A stretch of 64,000 bases of DNA from Octopus sinensis (lineage: Eukaryota), in assembly GCF_006345805.1 (NCBI RefSeq), contig NC_042997.1, forward strand, positions 33,108,001 through 33,172,000. Direction: 5' to 3'. Positions 60,976 through 64,000 of this stretch are shown piece after piece. Made by a program: the position numbers and the translations under genes. Numbering within the stretch: position 1 is the first letter of the stretch; every line of letters begins with the position of its first letter. The notes below the pieces were generated by a model. The model was not told where the DNA came from. It was given only the letters and a program-made list of their open reading frames with translations, and did no database searches.

Positions 60976-62571
60976 TAAAAAATATTTTAGTTTTTATAAT
61001 TGCTAACACAATACAAAGCCAATATTCAGCTTATGATTATAAAGGAATCCAAATATAACAGCCAGGGCATTGTTCTCTTTTCTTCATTACTATTCTACAA
61101 TTACTCTTTTACTTTCCACACAGCCACTCTTATGCCTATGGGAGAAAATCCTGTTTTATCTATTAACTTTCTTACTCTTCTATTACCCCAGCTTTTAACT
61201 GTAATATTGTAATGTCTCTTTTCCAGGAGTTTCTTACAAAAATAATTATTTGCTTCAACATATACTCATAGGACACAATATGGTTTACTAGTTTGGAAGT
61301 ATGCTTTACAATCATAAAATCCTGTCTTCAGTCTCACTGCATGGCATTTGGGGCATGTGTGTTTTATTATTGCGTTAGACAACTGAAATCCTGTGGCTAA
61401 AACTGGAGAGGTGAAAACTGTGTAGAAGTCAGTCAGATGGATTGTATTCATAATTCAAAGGGCTAGCCTTGTTACACATTTTGCCCCATTGACCCTGTTT
61501 GAGAATTACCTTTAAAGGTACACATGTCTGTTTGAAAATTTAGTCAGCAACACACTAATTCAATGAGCAAGTAATTCAGCTGTTAAAATAACTTAATCAT
61601 TGTCAAAAACCAATAGAAATCCAGTTACTTTTATGTTACACATTACATTTCATTTAAACATAATCAAAGCCCTTCATTGTAAAAATTCGTTCTTCTTTTG
61701 TTTTTGCATATTCATACCCCCAAATATGCAGGCAGACAACAAGAATAAGCAGAATAACATTATAATGGTAGCAGGGAAAATAACTCTTTCATCAGCTATC
61801 TCTTCTGTGACTTTTAACATACTTTACAGCTTTATCATTTCATATTTTTAGTCTTGTTTACCAATCATGTTGGTTAAACTTAGATAAACTTAGATATGTT
61901 TCGACCAAAGATTGGTCCAGGTCATGTCTAACTTAATAGCACCACCTGATAGGATTATTTGAATCTTGTTTAAGTCAAGTTTTGTTCAAGTAGTGAGTTC
62001 TTGTTGGGTGAGTTGTATCCAATTATGGGTGGCTTATCTGTAGTTAAAACCTAACAGATTTTAAGCCAGTTTATTGATAGCTACAAATATTATGGACTAC
62101 TAGAAACAAAGGAACAAAGACAAAACGCATATATCCACCCATGTATATATCCATCATACATATTATCCATCTGAGTTTGACAATGCTTTTTATCCTTTCA
62201 GAGTCATCAAAATAAAGTACCAATAATGTACTTGAGTAGACTCAGTCAGTTATACCATTTTCCTATAAGTATGTGGCTTTTGTGTACCAATGAAATCATT
62301 ATTAAAAAAGGAACAAAGATGTGATTTAGTTGCTAGACAACTGACAACTGGGATATGGATGAATTTGAACATGGTTACAATCATTCTGCAGTGACCAGGG
62401 ACATGGTATAGCATTCTATTTATTGTAGTTTGCTTGGCTCACAATGTGTCCAAACTCTAGCTCATTGTAAAATGGTAGTGGTGGTGGTGGTGGTGGTGGT
62501 GGTTTGTGATGGATTTGAGTCTATAATCCATTGAATCAAAGAATCACTTAAAAATATATATTTTCATCATG

Positions 62572-63122
<551 letters not shown>

Positions 63123-63835
63123 GCATGTTAATATCATACTGTTGTATCATGGTATGAATGTTATTTACCCCTGCTTCTATAGCTGTAGATTTCTTTTGTG
63201 GGAATTACAGAAGTTAGATACAATTACATTCATACCATTAAGTGATGTTGGAAGCAATGTGCTGTTTGTGTACCGTTTTCAATATTCTCTTCATTCTATA
63301 TTTGCACAGTAGCTATCTTTCATTGGTTGATTATGTATTTGTCCTGGTATCTTAGGAACTATTGAAGAAATGAAGACCCAATTTTTAAAAAATTATTACT
63401 AAGCAAAGTTTTTAAATATATATATATATATATATATAAATATGATAAAAATGATAAATGATAAATTTTTACAATGACAAAAATGATGATGATGATGATG
63501 AGAATGATGATGATAGTAGTAAAGGTGGTGTTGATGGTGAGGCTTATAGACAAAAATCAATCACCCAATAAATGAAATTAAGAGAAATGTATTCTCACAC
63601 TTAATTACATAGCAACATAATTTCTTACTGACATTGAGTATTAATAATACTAACTACATGTGGTAAAAAACATTTCTTTTTGTGTTCATTCTTTAATTAT
63701 TTATCATTTTGGTTTATATTGGGTCAAATATTTCCTTTGATCATGTAATAAACCATTTCAAATTGCAGCACAAGGCCAGCAATTTTCAGGAATGAGGGAA
63801 GTTGATTATGTTGTCCTCAATGTTCCACTCTCCTA

Positions 63836-64000
63836 GTTTGCTGGACATTGTTGTAGAGCTGAAAATGAGGTAATTTCTACTCTTCTCCTCTGGAAGCCAT
63901 CTACTCGCAATGCCAGAGGGCGCACACTCTCCTACCCTGATGTAATCTCCAGGGATACAGGCATCCAGCAACAGGACCTCCGTAATGCCATGATGGACTG
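63836..64000 (+). mobile_element. RTE LINE fragment running off the window edge
   Basis: AGHCCRAENEVISTLLLWKPSTRNARGRTLSYPDVISRDTG...DLRNAMMD, resembling AGHC.R....S.LLLW.P...RGR..L.Y.D. Confidence 0.8.

Noticed and set aside
61895-61935. GACC-loop-GGTC-GAAAC hammerhead-like half motif (minus strand)
   Set aside because: The CUGANGA core is missing; too degenerate to support.

Overview
AT-rich, microsatellite- and retroposon-dense animal genomic DNA. The repeat families look like those I recall from Octopus or another coleoid cephalopod; this taxon call is an inference, not a database result. The only gene I can firmly support is a minus-strand secernin (SCRN2/3-like, Ntn-hydrolase, peptidase C69 family). 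Two coding exons are present (17310-17498 and 9499-9686) with canonical splice sites and compatible phases; exon 3 onward appears to lie left of the window. Nearly all other ORFs in the track are artefacts of microsatellites or SINEs. The rest is a mosaic of tRNA-headed SINEs (my labels A, C, D; many with 8-14 bp TSDs), a (GAT)n-tailed family B with variable 62-bp tandem 5' units, and fragments of RTE, CR1-like and R4/NeSL-type LINEs. Also present are piggyBac-like and fold-back MITEs, a mariner remnant, a non-autonomous Helitron, a 106-bp minisatellite and an exact 401-bp tandem duplication. I found no convincing new multi-gene system. The best leads are RNA-structural (near-perfect hairpins and inverted repeats in secernin introns, a hammerhead-like motif), retrotransposition-mechanism footprints (snap-back, microhomology truncation, SINE-LINE tail sharing), unusual substitutions in conserved secernin motifs, and two orphan exon candidates.
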